DNA of 64,000 nucleotides from Lepidodermella squamata (GCA_047495785.1 JBLDXI010000017.1:2046001-2110000), one strand, 5' to 3'. Shown: positions 35,925 through 49,153, counted from the first letter of the stretch. Numbers and translations: made by a program. Notes: generated from the sequence alone by a model not told the origin.

Positions 35925-36869
35925 ACCCAAGGAAAACACCACTCTTTGCTGAGAGTGCACACTCTATGTTTCAAGGTAAGCCATAGACTCAGCTATCTTC
36001 GTATTGTGGTAAGTTTTCTCTCAGTTATTTTGGCCAAAAGCTGGTTAGATTATTCCTCTCCTGTGCGGAGATGAAAGAAACCTATCGCTTTTTGAGAAAC
36101 CTTTGAAACGATATATGTAAAGGGTTATGGCTGCGCTGCTCGGGTTTCAGTCCGATATCAAAACTTTTGATTGATACACGCCACTCCGAGGGCAATTACG
36201 TACAACTCGAAAATTGAGCCACGACAAAAACAAATTTTTTCGATGGAATGGTATTCAAAAGATCACACTTCGATCACAGAAGATCGCATGGCTCGACGAA
36301 TAGGGTATCGCGTAAAATCACGTTTTCACAGTCCTTGAAAGTGAGGAACTGTTTATGTTCGTTTTTATTGCAGCTGGGTTGGGTTGTTGAGCATGGTGTA
36401 GTGGAAAACAAAAAAGCTCAGTGAGGTCCTGAAGTAAAACGTGAGTACCTATAGAAATTCTCAAAGCCTGCTCAATTTATTAGCCGCTGAAGCTCGATAA
36501 GATCGGTGATATCGATCTAGTACCGATAGTTCAAGCCGGTGACAGACGCAAACAGATCGAAGCAACAGACCACTCCCTACCAACTTCGAATTTCACCCCG
36601 AAAGCTAAATTATAGAAGACAGAGCCGTGTTTACGGGCGCCAATGCTGTGGCGATTTAAAGGATGAATTCCGCGCACAGCCTCTGATTCGAGGACGAAAT
36701 CAGAAAATTGACAATATTTGAATATACAATGACTTCAAACAAACATTTCACCTCGCTTATAATACGAATAGTTATCGGAATGATTTCTTTCAACCAGGTG
36801 AACCAGGTTCGCTTTGCGGGCCAGTTTTCACGACACGCAAGTCGAGCGCGATTGGTCCGCATACCAACC

Positions 36870-38590
36870 AATAAGCGGCATTAATCGGGTCTATTTCGGC
36901 ATTTTGCCTGCTATTCGTGAGCGTATGGCTATGCTCGACGTGCCTAAGACGTGCGAAGAGTTGTTGCGCCTCGCCGAGGTCGCGGATACCTCGATCCGCG
37001 TCGGCCCCGCCGGCGCCCAGGCTTTGCTTCCGGCCGGTTTCGGCCATGTCTCTTACACTCCCTCGTATCCCCACCATCATTCGGCCTTAACCATGCAGGT
37101 TTTCCAGTTGGCCTGCCTGGTGCCGCGCCACCGTTAGGTACGTTAGGTACGCTGCTGTATGTGCCGCCGGCCCCGGTCGCACTCGCCCCGCACTACGCGC
37201 GAGGCGCGGCCGCCGCCTCGTTGGCACCGCCGGCGTCTGCGCCCGCCGCTGCGCGCCACCTGCTGCTGCCGCCGTCGTTAAGGCTGAGCCGATCGAAATG
37301 GCGCTAATTCAAGCTGTCAACGCGCTGACCGCGCAGGTTCAGGAGCTTGGTCGCAACCAGCCGAGCTACAACGACAAGGGCCGTGGTAATCACAACAACC
37401 GGTCCGCCGACCGCAGCCGCGATAACGATAATGATAATCGGCGTGGTGGTTCGCGCCCGTCCTGCTATTACTGCTCGAAGCCCGGCCATGTCGAGGCCGA
37501 GTGTCGCTCCAAGATGCGCGGCTACAACAGCGAGACGATCGCCGTACTCGCACCCCTGTTTGCGATAAATGCCACCGCCCTGGTCATTACGCCGATCAGT
37601 TTCGTTCTCGCGAGGACTACTCTAGTCACTTGCCCTATCATCAGCGCAGTATGCGCCGTACTCCGTCGCGCGATCGTGATTATCAGCATTATCAGTATGT
37701 CCTATGACGCGCGTGAACATCGTGGCGATCATTTAAACTATTAAGGAGGCCTTCCGATAGGACCGGACACGCCTCCGCCAATACCGCCTGTCCCCCCAGG
37801 CTTTCGACGACGTTCGAGCTCGTTTCCAACTCGCGCGTGCTCGTGAGAAAGAGCGCTATGATCGCATTTCAGGCAATAGCGAGCCGTTCGATATCGGCGA
37901 TCTTGTCTACCTCCACGAGCCAAGTAACCGGCCCGATGTGATACCGAAATTCGCCTCTCGCTAGAAGGGCCAGTATTCCGCCTCAAGTTGGCCTGGTTGT
38001 GCGATTACCCCACGGCTGATCGCTATTCGCAAGCGCAGCAGTCGGCCCGATCGTCGGCTAAAAGCGCTGCCAAGCCTACTGCGCCGCCTGCGTCGACTGT
38101 CGCCAGGTTGTTCATGAGCCAACCCGTGACACCAATTTCACGACGGGTGATTACAGACCCTTTCTTTTCCTCAGCCTTATGCTCCGCCGTTGTTTGACCT
38201 TAACCCTGCAGAACATTGGCCTGCTTAGTGGAATGTTTTATAGTCGAAAGTGCCACCGTTCCGCAGCCGGTCACGCACGTGTCGGCGACTTCGTTGGGCA
38301 CGCCGCTGTATGCGCCGCCGGCCCCGTCGCATTAGCTCTGCACTACGCGCCAGGTATGGCCGCTGCTTCATCGAGCCGACGGAAACCGCTTCGATTCAGG
38401 CTTTTAACGCTGTGACCGCGCAGGTTCAGTAACTTGACGGTCTTCAGAAGTCCGATAACAACAAAAAGGGCCGTGGAAACTACAACAGGAGGTCCAACTG
38501 CAGGAACGCGGTAACGCTAATATTATTAATACTAATTATCACAGGCAAGGTGCGCCCTGCCTGTTATTACTGCTTGTAGACCGGTCACAA
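36870..38590 (+). mobile_element. degenerate, internally deleted Ty3/Gypsy LTR-retrotransposon remnant (gag + integrase C-terminus) with a partial gag duplicate
   Basis: GC-rich. CCHC knuckle CYYCSKPGHVEAEC (37463-37504) and degenerate CDKCHRPGHYADQF (37561-37602). GPY/F-type integrase tail KERYDR..PFDIGDLVYL..PKFASR*KGQY (~37845-37979). ~38200-38590 repeats parts of ~37090-37490. Frameshifts and stops throughout. Confidence 0.75.
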
Positions 38591-38795
38591 ACTCCTCCGC
38601 CGTGGCCACTACGCCGATTAGCGTGATATTTTATACCTTAAACTTCGAATCAATATTTGAATATCGTAAATTGTTGTTGTGTTCAGTGGAAATTCTCAAT
38701 GTCATCTGCAGCAGGTGCAATTTGATAATCATGTTGGAACCAGATTCCGGAACTTGCCCGTTCGCGCTCTGGCATTGCCCGAGTGCGACTGGGAA

Positions 38796-39250
38796 GCAGC
38801 GTTTTGCAACGTTTGTGCTAAATCGAATGAATTTAAACAAATCCCGCATGAGTGAACACGGGCAAGCGCAGGTGTCAACCCAAGTGCGGCGGAGAGAACA
38901 ATATAGGTAGATATATAGGCCAGTGTTTTGCTGTGCGATGGCTGTGCGCGCTTTCCTCCGCATCGACACGATACCCGAGCGCGAAGAACGATGATCACAG
39001 TGCGGCCACACTGTGGCCAGATTCAAGAGATCCACCTTAGAGGAATAGAGGAGTGTACTATTACACCAAGAGATCCACGCTAGGACAACCCAAGTCCGGC
39101 GGTTCGAGTGTGGCGTTTGCGAGTGATGTCAACAATAGCACTGGTTCCTATTGCTCTCCGCGGTGCTCGGGCGAACACCTCGGCTGGCCCGTGTGCAGTG
39201 AAGCGAGATTTGTTCCAATTCGTTAAATTTGCAGCAAACGTCGCACGTTT
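38796..39250. repeat. long imperfect inverted repeat; another copy of the arm lies at 59870-59936
   Basis: GCAACGTTTGTGCTAAATCG..ACAAATCCCGCATGAGTGAACACGGGCAAGCGCAGG is reverse-complementary to ~39148-39250 and recurs in EPRS intron 8. Confidence 0.55.
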
Positions 39251-39943
39251 TAGAGAAACCCGAGCGCAGCGTTGCAAAGCGCCGTTTCCCGACCGCTCGA
39301 ACGCGTACGGGCTGAAATCGGGCTTGGGCGCTAGCAATAACAAAGATAAATTCGGCAGAGGGCATCAGCATAAAAAATAAGCACCAAAAATAAGGTTTAA
39401 TATCATCCCATTACTATTATTTCTGCGTCGACTCTGTGATTGTTAATGTGCGAGCAAGCCAGTCGAGTGAGTCTCGAATCAGGATGCGAGAAATGTAGCT
39501 CGAATCACATCGACTTCCATACCTGAACAGGGCAGCTCTGATCCTGAACCTCCTGAAGGAGATACATCGTTTCAAGTTTTTCCATTTTTCAAAATTCAGC
39601 GTTTGTTAAATTCAAAACTGAAGGCACATGCGATTATTGCCAAATGAGGCGCTTGGCGATTTTCCGACGACCTCCGAAAGGTGAGTTATAAAAATACTGT
39701 CTTACAAAATTTCTCGCGTGACGATTTGCACAAAGTTTTCTGCATGCGCTTCCTCCCTGGTTAATCTATGGTACCGTGTGAAGCAAAAAAGCAAAGCCCG
39801 AGGCACAATTGGCCGGAAAGCCAGCTTATGGATAAAAGCTTATGGAAATTACAATTTTTTTCTATCAAATTATTGAACGCAAATGGGTACAAATTTCTCT
39901 TTTTATTACTTCTCTGCAACGAGCATATTAACACAAATAGTAA

Positions 39944-39973
39944 TATTATTATTATTATTATTATTATTATTAT
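39944..39973. repeat. (TAT)10 microsatellite
   Basis: Read directly from the sequence. Confidence 0.9.
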
Positions 39974-41061
39974 CGTCATTACAGCGTACAGAAATTGAAT
40001 AGAATGATAATATTATACACGATGAAATAGTCGCGTATTGCAGTAAGTATTTAATGATGATGATAATAGCAATGTTGCTTGCTTCAGATTTTGAATTGAT
40101 TGACCGAAGGACAGCGCGGCTGGTAATATCTAAAAGATGCGGCCTAATCAGTAGGAAAAAAAACCAACTGCCCGGCCAAAGATGTCTCAATATGCAATTA
40201 GCATCGATAATGAAACAATTATTTGCATTTTGTGCGATTGATTTGTTGTGAGGCTTTTGAATACTTTACTACAGATTTTCGTGAAAAAATTTACTCCGAA
40301 TCGTACAATCAAGTAAATGAAGAACAAAGTTACAAGAAGGCGCGGGAGAAGTCTCTGCCGAATATGTTTACAATAACGAGTTGGAGAGAGGTGAAGGAAA
40401 AGACAGAATTTCCTGACACAGATCAAACACGTGAATTTTACACAACTTTTCTCGATCGATATAAGCCGAATAGCATGCAAACGTAAAGGCAGATTTTTTT
40501 CACCATAAATCCATTTTAAAAGCAGAATTCAAGGGGCTGGTCGATGAAGCCACCTCGGTCAAGTCTCCACAAAAATGAGCAGTTAAGGCATAGAAATCGG
40601 TCTTGAAAAATGGTGATTTTGGAAAGGTTTTTCATCATTTTCTCTTTTCATTCATTCGCGATTTTTTAGTCACTGTTTTAGCACGGCGGTAAAAAGTCGT
40701 AGAAATTCTAGTATAATAACAATAATAATCAGAAACAGACACCGTTATCGTTTTGCTAAATAAATAATGAACAACAAACAAGCAGCAGTACGTGGGTAAT
40801 TCACGTATTTATTGTTTTTTTCATAGCAAGAAGTTCAAGGAAATTCCATGGAAAACGGAGGTGTGCGTGGGCTATATTTCTATAAAACCTCAATCGCAAG
40901 TGTGAGCACGAGACTAGAAAGTTTAGTCATCCAAATAGGTGCACGGTTCCCTACCTACTTCAGTTTCAAGGTTGTTTCAGGTTAGCTTATTCACACCGAA
41001 ATGACAAAATCGCGCACAAATTAAAGCTGCCGATTTTAGTAAAAAAGAAGACATTTTTTAT

Positions 41062-44000
41062 TTAAAATCCACCGCTTTCCGACGTCCCGGAACCGGGTAG
41101 ACCGCCTGACCCCCGCGTCGAGCCCATAGTCTGATCAGAGTGGTCATCATCGTCCTCTTCTTCCTCCTCCTCCTCCTCGTCCTCGTTGTCATGCGTTTCA
41201 CTGGGGTAGTTGGCCGGTGGGGCTGGAACGGGCGCGCCGGCCATTAAGGCGGCTACCACCTCTGCCGCCCCGACTCCCGACGCAACCATTCGAACGGCGG
41301 CAGCAGCCATAGCCTGGGCGTTAACAACCGCCTGGGCCTGTTGCTGGTCGTCGCTGTCTTCATTCGACTCCTCGATATCCTCGTCATCGCCGTCCTCAGA
41401 GGCCGCCCCGTCGTCGTCTTCGTCACCCTCCGACGACAACCCACTCGGGTTGGTCTCAACAACCATGGCCTCGTCGTGCGAGGACCCGTCCATCGACGAC
41501 AGGTTCGGAATCTTATTGTTATTATTCCCAATTGTCGCAAAATTATTGTTTTGCTGTGATTGGTTGTGGTGATTGGTCTGATTGCCTTGCATTAAGGAGG
41601 ATTTCCGCGACAAGGCAGCCATGTCGGCTTCATCCGAGCAGCAGCACTCAGACGTGGTCCAAACGTGGACGAGCGTGTCGTCGGAGCAAGTCGCCAGCAT
41701 GGAACACATGGTCGGGTTCCAGTGAACGCAGTTCACCGGCTTTGAATGACCCTCAAGTACTGTCACTGGATCCTCGAAATTTCGATGCCAGATTCGGACG
41801 AGGCCATCTAGATCAAAGAAAAAAACATTATCTCCATTTTTCTGAGCCTAAAATTTGAATTTTAAGGTTGCTTATTTCAAAATATCAAAGTGGTAACCAT
41901 ACAGAAGGAATGACCGGAGTTATATCACTAAGCTAAAATCTTGAAGCATAAAACAACCATCACGTTTGAAGTTTCCATACTCAAAATAAGTTGTTCACTG
42001 CTTCTTCAACGCATCTATTCAACAGCTTCTCTCCGCGATTTCTCTGCCGCCATACCTCATATTAGCAAAATATGTTCACCGTTAACCAATGTTTGCGTCC
42101 TGAGCTTTCTGTTGATATGCGATTTTCGCTAAAGATTATTTGATTACAATGTTGGCTGCTGAGATAGACCGACGTACCCTCGAATTACCGCCCCAAATTT
42201 CAAACTATAAGTATGAAAAAACTTAGTTCTAGCCGAATATAGAGCCGAAAAGAGATTTTGCAGACCAGCCGCAAATTTCATTCGAATTTCGATTTGTATA
42301 CCGATAATATACCGTATATAATATTCGGTATATTAAGTCTTCAATATATATACGGTAAAATAAAATCTGCCGCCCCAAAAGGTAAAAGTCCGCCCTCGTT
42401 TAATCTCAGCCCTCATTTAATAATAGCGCGCCCTCGTTTTGAAGAGGTGCGCCCTAAAGTAAACAAAGTCGCCCTGACTAGTTAAACCACCGCCCAATTT
42501 CATTTATCCAACTTGGGCAGCTAATTTTTTATTTAAATCAGTGCTCCGCAAACTCGCATTTTTTCCGACCACGTGCGGCCGGCTGGGCAGATCATGGCAG
42601 CCCATTGGCGGCTGGTAGGATTTTCTCAAAGGATTTTGCTGCAATGCGGCCGGATGCCTTGTTTCGCACGATCATAACCCGAAAAAATGCCGATGGTGAA
42701 AAAAGTTTGCGGAGCACTGATATAAGCTGTTCGAATAAGACCTTCGGATGAGGATAGCAGCCCGATGGGCGAGGATAGCACGGTCTACCAAATAAAACTA
42801 CACGTTATAGGTTAGCGCTACCGTTGAGCTGTTCGCAATAGGTCTTAGCTCTTAAATGGCCATATCGCAAACTTTTTGACAACAAAACTGCAAAACAGCA
42901 AAGTAGTTCCTATTTATTACAGGTAGTAACTGCATGGTGCGCGGAGTGGTCAAAGCGGCCCATTTTAGTGACCGGACATCGAGTCCTTCACACGTAGCTT
43001 ATCCGGCGTGTTAACACTCGAACGCAGATAATCCCTTGATCCTCGGCAAGTCGCTTTAACGCGGCGAGCTTGCAACACCTTCGACAGGCATGCGAGGGGC
43101 GCAGCGGGTGTGTGAACTTTCAGTAGTAATAAAATGCTTGAAGAAAGACGCAACCAACGCTTCCACGTCATAATTTGTTCGGCCTGTAATAAGCATGCCT
43201 TTAACATAAATCCGCACCAAAACCTCTTGGAGTAATGACTCATTAGTCATTACTCCAAGCAAAACCTGGCCGGTGGACGATTGGTAAGTGTCTTATGTCC
43301 TAATATGTCCCTGCTCAAGCATTAGTGGCTATTGCTTTACTGCTCAGATTGCCAAATTGTCCCAATCGTCCGCGCGATATTCAGCCGATGTAATATTGAT
43401 GCCAAATAAAGGAATAGAGATGCGGCTAATAGGCATCATCATCACATTTGAGTTTTCTTATTCTAACGGGGCGAAGTTTTATATTTCAAGGCGACTGATT
43501 ATCAGTCAGGTGTGGCCTTTCGCCTTAAGGGGCAGATTAAGGTGGATTAGTGCGGCGATCGCGCAATGAGGGCGACTTTATTTATTTTTGGGCGACACAA
43601 ATGGGGCGAACTTTTACTTTTTTGGGCGACAGATTTTACCTCACCCTAAAAATATATGTCGTATCGTATCGTATGTCGTATAAGGCAATTTCTCCCAATA
43701 GCCGATTGAGGTATCTCAATGAGCAATCCGAATTGTTCCCAACGCCATTTTCAGTTATTTTAATCAGTTTTTTTAATTTGGAAACCAAGCAAGATTGCAG
43801 AATAGCCCCTCGCCTTTCTAGCAGAGCCCATTTTCCCTAATAACTTGTTCCGTAACTGCGTGTTTTATGAGTTTTCAAAAAAGCTAGCTTATTATCACTG
43901 TAACTGCCTTCTGGCCTTCTGAGTCCAATTCAACTCTTTATTAATCAATTAGCAGACCAATCGATAGGGCTATTCGGGCTCTTTAACATGTGATAAGTTT

Positions 44001-47000
44001 TAATTCAATAAAAAGGCTGAGGAAACCAACAGGCAAAAAGCAACTTTCGGATTGCTCATTGAGATATCTCTATCGGCAATTGGGGGGATTGCCTTATACG
44101 ATACGACATATATAATATACCGATTTAGAAGGCTCTGCCTTATAATTTTATCAATAAACCCGCCACCCGTGCCTTATAAACGAGACCTGTCCTTTATTTT
44201 GCCCCTGCCCTATATTTATCGGATTGAATTTTGAGCTGCTGTAACACAACTGTTTTCGAGCCAGTACTATCTTTCACCTCTTTATAAGCGTTGATAGGAT
44301 TGTAAGGAGATTATTAAGCGGATTAAACTGCACTCTCGCGCGATTCACGTGAGTTGGAATCCTCAAGAAGCTGAGGGGTACCACTTGAGACATGCACGTA
44401 ATTTGGCCCCTGTCTTATTGTAATGGGTCCCAAAATTCGCCTCTGAAAGCAGCAACAAGCGTATTTATTAAAGCAATATCGCCTAGCATAAGCGTCGCAT
44501 GATGTGAATCGGAAGGCACTATTTCTGGGAAACCACCGGACTTTTTCAAATTCACCGTGGAACAGCTTTGCGGTAACTCGTCCGATCCTCCCTAGCCCGT
44601 TTCATTTAGTTTTATTTAGTGGATTTAGCTGTCAACTGTCAAGCAAAAGAAATCTCCATTCATGTGCCTATTTGCGGTTTCAAGCGATTTAAGGATCGCA
44701 TGAGTTGCCGGCAAGCTTCCCCAAGCTGTTACATGCCGTGAACACAAAAAAATCCAGTAGTTCGACAGACTATGGATGTAAGAGAGAAAATAAGCTTCAA
44801 ACACTGTTTCTTGCATTTTCCAACCTAGAAAATTGCGTTCGCTGCCCTACTACTTTGCCTTGACGAAATTAGTCAAGAGTCCTCTTTCTGAACTTTCTTG
44901 GACACCTTGCAACTTTTTTTCGACACCGACGACGATATAGTCGGGTAAACCTCTTGGTTTGGCACAATGCATGTCTAAGCATGGTCTATTTAAACTTGGT
45001 GTGGGGCGCTACCTTTTGAAACATCGCTCAACTCGAAGGATTAATCATCAGTGAACGTGAAAATAATTAAAGGATGTTGATTCTCGGGGGATTGTCGTGA
45101 TCAGAATTTGCATTCGGGGTATATATCCGAATAAACCACCAACAATAACCACCGGTAGTACCAGTGAAAACCGCAGTAGCAATTTTGCGATAACGTCTGA
45201 GCGAAGAAAGTTTTTAGAGAAATCTTTCCTTTTTAACCACAAATTGCGTATCAACATAAATGCTCAGCTCACCCGCATGACAATGGCAAAAAGCTAGCTA
45301 CAATATCAGGTATGATGGCAGAGAAATGTCAGGGAGAAGCTACTCACTTGATGAGCGAAAAAAATCGCGAAAATCGTTAACATAAAAAAGCCAGCTTAAC
45401 CATACGAAATGATTTTATGCTGCAAGATTGTAGCTTGAGTGGTAACTCTGGCCATTCCTTTCTCTATGGTTCTAACAATCAAGAAATTTACCCTCAGATC
45501 CACTTGCAACGAAGTCTTCATTATGGCCACCGAACGTGGAGTAGATAGCGAGGTTGGCTTGAACGAAGCCGAATAGCTTTCGTATCAGGTGTTTTTCGCG
45601 GAGATCCCACAAATGCACACCGTTTTCTGCAATATTGACAGCAGCGTAGCGACCGTCCAGTGTTAGACTGAAAGACAATATTCGCTGGTCTTCCTTGATG
45701 CTACACACAAAAAACCATCTTAAAATCCCAGAATTCAAGAGTTTTAGAGAAATTACAGCTGTTTGTCGGACCGGTCATCGAAATTGAACAACCTCAGGCG
45801 AGAATGAGTGTCAGCGATAACAACGGAAGCATGGGTACCCGGCATCCACGCAATGTCTTGCAAACGAATACCTTCGATTTGTTTGACAACAGTTCCATTC
45901 AGGTCGCAGAGGTACAGCTGACCGCGAATTCCTCCAGTGGCGAATAAATCGCCGGTAGGCCCAACAAAGCAGCCGTACGTCAGACTGTCATCGCCGTTGA
46001 TATTCGTTTTAAGGCGGACGGTCATCAACTGCACGTCGAAGACCATCACCTCTGTGCAGTCGTCAACACCACATGCCAAAACGAGTCGGCTATCAGGGCT
46101 CCACGCCACGTAGCTTATTGGCCGCCACTCGCGGGAGCAGTGGCGCGTTAACTGGTGAGTTTCCTAGAAGATAATCACATAACGTTATTACGATTACTAG
46201 CAAACACATTATTTTTTGCGCCTCATCGCTCTATAATATCAAACTGTGCATATTTGCCAGCCGCTTTTGCGCGGCGGGGTACGGTATATGGTAAATAAAA
46301 AGGCGGCAAACGCTCCGCAAACAGGCCCAAAAATCAGCGCGGTATAATATTTCACGTACGGTTTACAACAAACCTTATTAACGTTCCATATGATTAGATA
46401 GCGATCTCTCGAGCCAGTGGCAAGAAATTTGCCGTCAGGCGAAAACTTGAGATGTAATACTTCATCACAGTGGTCAGTCAAGGTTTGCTTCAATGTACAA
46501 GGTAGACGCTCCCTAAATTGACAAGACAATAATCATTTTAATGAAGCTATTACATCAAGAACTTACTTTGAGCATTTATGATCAGATAGCAGTGATATTG
46601 AATCAACAGAATCGTAGAGTTTTGTATTGTGAAATCGGCACTGTTTTCGTTGGCTCTCTACGGCTTGAGCTAACAGGTTTCGTAGCCGAGCGGGTGGAAG
46701 CATCATACACTCCGGAAGAAAGCCCTGAATTTTATCCACAACTTGCTGTCTGTTTTCTCGACATCGGCCAGATAAACCGATATGTTTCCGCAGCAAATCA
46801 GGCGGCACGAAGAACGATCTAATGAATCAAACTTATTTTAGTCAAAACTAAACAATTATAAGATGATTTGACTCACATGCTCAGCTGCTGCAACCGCTGT
46901 GCATCACAGTTCATACAAGAAAGCTCTGATCGCAAGCATGCCAGTGCTTTCGAAAACTTTCCCTCATCGAGCAGTTCTAGGAATTTCTGCTCCAGTATGG

Positions 47001-47569
47001 CAAACTTCACCTTCTAGAAACAAAATATGTCGTAAATAATCAGACCAATTAGTGCGTTTTAAAGCGTACTTGGTATGCAGATGCATCGCTGAGGTTATTC
47101 TTTAGGTTTTGGAGCTCACTGATTGCCTGTTAAAATAAAAATATAAACATTGGCTAAGAGCCAACAGGCAAATGCCAACCTGTTCCCAATTGCCACTGAG
47201 AACGGAAACACGAAACCTCGATATCAATGGATTTTCAAAATGGAAGCCCGACTCTTCCACCAGCTCTTCCGCAGTTCTCCTGAAAAATTTTACGATGCAA
47301 TTACAGCAAGGGTGGAATAAAATAACTAACTCGAAGCCAAGATCACGCAATGCTTGACCGATCAAACGAATGAGCTCTTGCTGACGCTCACTGAGCACTA
47401 ATCCATTCTTACGAGTTTTCGTGTGATTTTTTGTAGCTATATGCTTTGGTGCTTTGATTATTGGAGCATATTCCACGGTATCATCCTCGGAACCATTGTT
47501 GGTCTCGTGAGTTCCGTTATGATGATCATTGTTGGAATGCACGCCACCACCATTTCTGCAGTTTTGCAT
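41062..47569 (-). CDS. WDR26: WD repeat protein 26 (GID7, CTLH E3 complex); exons 47331-47569, 47180-47279, 47070-47126, 46877-47013, 46567-46818, 46374-46512, 45757-46163, 45492-45700, 41062-41807
   Basis: LisH ELIRLIGQALRDLGF. CTLH FRVSVLSGNW..ILEQKFLELL. MMLPPARLRNLLAQAVE..CRFHN..SLLSDHKC. WD40s HCDEV..FSPDGKFLATGS, FGGHNEDFVASGSED and LEGHSKPVNCVHWNP. Eight GT-AG introns join in frame. Confidence 0.93.
42354..43645. repeat. long imperfect inverted repeat (GCCC/GGGC-rich arms) in WDR26 intron 8
   Basis: TAAAATCTGCCGCCCCAAAAGGTAAAAGTCCGCCC (~42361) versus GGGGCGAACTTTTACTTTTTTGGGCGACAGATTTTA (~43603-43638). Confidence 0.5.
42539..42719. mobile_element. hAT-like MITE (CAGTG termini)
   Basis: CAGTGCTCCGCAAACT ... 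AGTTTGCGGAGCACTG form perfect 16-bp TIRs. A related terminus CAGTGGTGCGCAAACTCG is near 25218. The 8-bp flanks match only partly. Confidence 0.65.
43652..44113. mobile_element. MITE with ~70-bp TIRs in TA-rich flanks
   Basis: ATATATGTCGTATCG..TATAAGGCAAT..TATCTCAATGAGCAATCCGAA is reverse-complementary to TTCGGATTGCTCATTGAGATA..ATTGCCTTATACGATACGACATATAT. Confidence 0.65.
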
Positions 47570-48420
47570 GTTTCGAGTGCTTCTGTTACGCTTTCGTGAA
47601 GGTAGAGAAGACTTAGGAGGCGACTCGCTGTCACCTCCGGGCTGCGAAGATGATGGTAGAGATACGGCTTCCAGAATGACGAATACACCTCGTGTGGCCG
47701 GGTGTAGAAATTAAGCCACACGTTACGATAATAAAAAAGGACGAAAATATGTGTTCCGTAAAGATTCACCACGACAGGCAAACAGATTCGGATTCACTGA
47801 TGCAAGATAGTATGCTAAGAAATTCACTAACGAAACGCTAACATGCGAGTACAAAAAACGCACTTGCATCAAGGCTTGAACGAAACAAAGCACAAAGCGA
47901 AAAAACTGAAAGAGGAACTTTTTCGCGAGCCAACAAGTACATTTAATTTCCATTTTGATTTTTATGTAGGCAGCAAAATTCAAAATTCAAATGGCTTGCT
48001 GCAAAATATTAAATTTAACATACGTAAAGAACAAATAACACACCTTATAATTCCTGTCATTTTTCCGTCCCACGTGACATTTTCAAGAATCGAAGACCCC
48101 TCAGGTGTTATGCTGCCAGCCAGTTTTCCTTTGAAACTTCGGCGTTTGACCTTAGTCATTGGTCGTTAATTAGTTTAGATTTCATTTACACTTTTCGAGA
48201 TGTCCAAGCTCGTTTTTATTTGTATTTGTGGGCAGTAGGACAAGATATGTCCTTACCAAAGTCCTAAGAACTACACATTTCCAACTGTGATGTAACCATT
48301 GCTCTATTTGATTTATTCGTCTTTGCGATGTATTTATTGCGATGTTTCCTTGAGAAGCATTCATTTTGGTTAGTATTTCTTCTAGGTTATTATAATATCG
48401 CTGCGTTGGTTTATTACAAC

Positions 48421-48924
48421 ATGAACGTCATCATTTTATTGTCCTGTTTCATGAGCTTCGTAATCGATGTTTTGTCGACTTCAGCATCCAACATAATTTG
48501 TCGAAAATGTGGCTTGAACATAACAGATTCCTCTTTGCTCTTCAATTTACCCTCGGATGTGGCTCGTGATGCCAACGAGAAGCGCATGTATTACAAAAGT
48601 GACGTTTTGACCCAGTTATTTCGTAACCCTCAAGGCAAATATTTCGAGCTTGTTACAACAACTCGAGCTAATCTGAAATGCAATGAGCATGCTTCTACAG
48701 AGAATACATTTTTCGAAGGTTACGCCTGGACCCCCTGTGTTTGTCCTCATTGCGGAGTATTCCATGGATGGCTTTTTACTTCGACGAAAGATCCTGAGGG
48801 CCACTGTGACGCTTCCAAGACGAAAAATTGCGATGCTCCCACGGCTTTTTATGGTCTTGCGATTGATGATTTGGTTCATAAGTCAGATTATGATCTTCTA
48901 AAGGGCATCAAGCAGGACTTGTAA
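48421..48924 (+). CDS. CULT-only (cereblon thalidomide-binding domain family) protein with a putative signal peptide; ~167 aa
   Basis: CRKC..FRNPQG..FFEGYAWTPCVCPHC..HGWLF matches the cereblon C-terminal domain. ATG 48421 gives hydrophobic MNVIILLSCFMSFVIDVLSTS. No LON domain. Confidence 0.85.
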   Translation: MNVIILLSCFMSFVIDVLSTSASNIICRKCGLNITDSSLLFNLPSDVARDANEKRMYYKSDVLTQLFRNPQGKYFELVTTTRANLKCNEHASTENTFFEGYAWTPCVCPHCGVFHGWLFTSTKDPEGHCDASKTKNCDAPTAFYGLAIDDLVHKSDYDLLKGIKQDL

Positions 48925-49153
48925 CCGTCGAAATATGCGAACAAATACCTATGAAATGCATCTCCTGCATATTTGAAAGCTTTCAATTTTCATTAACTGT
49001 GACTATCATTGCTTCAAAATTTTGTTTATTGTTCATTCTTCAAATCCATTCTGGACGCGCATTTCGCGCGGAAGTTTTTCTATAAAATATTTATCTTCTC
49101 AACTGTCCAATTTTTTTAGATTCTTTTTAGCGTTCAGAGTTGAATAACCGGCC

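Noticed and set aside
37298-37744. Domesticated gag/CCHC host gene
   Set aside because: Frameshifts separate the capsid-like part and the two knuckles, and adjacent integrase sequence has a stop.
39440-40580. Additional small plus-strand gene (coding-looking 40223-40486, donor at 39681)
   Set aside because: I could not assemble an in-frame spliced model and found no recognisable motif.
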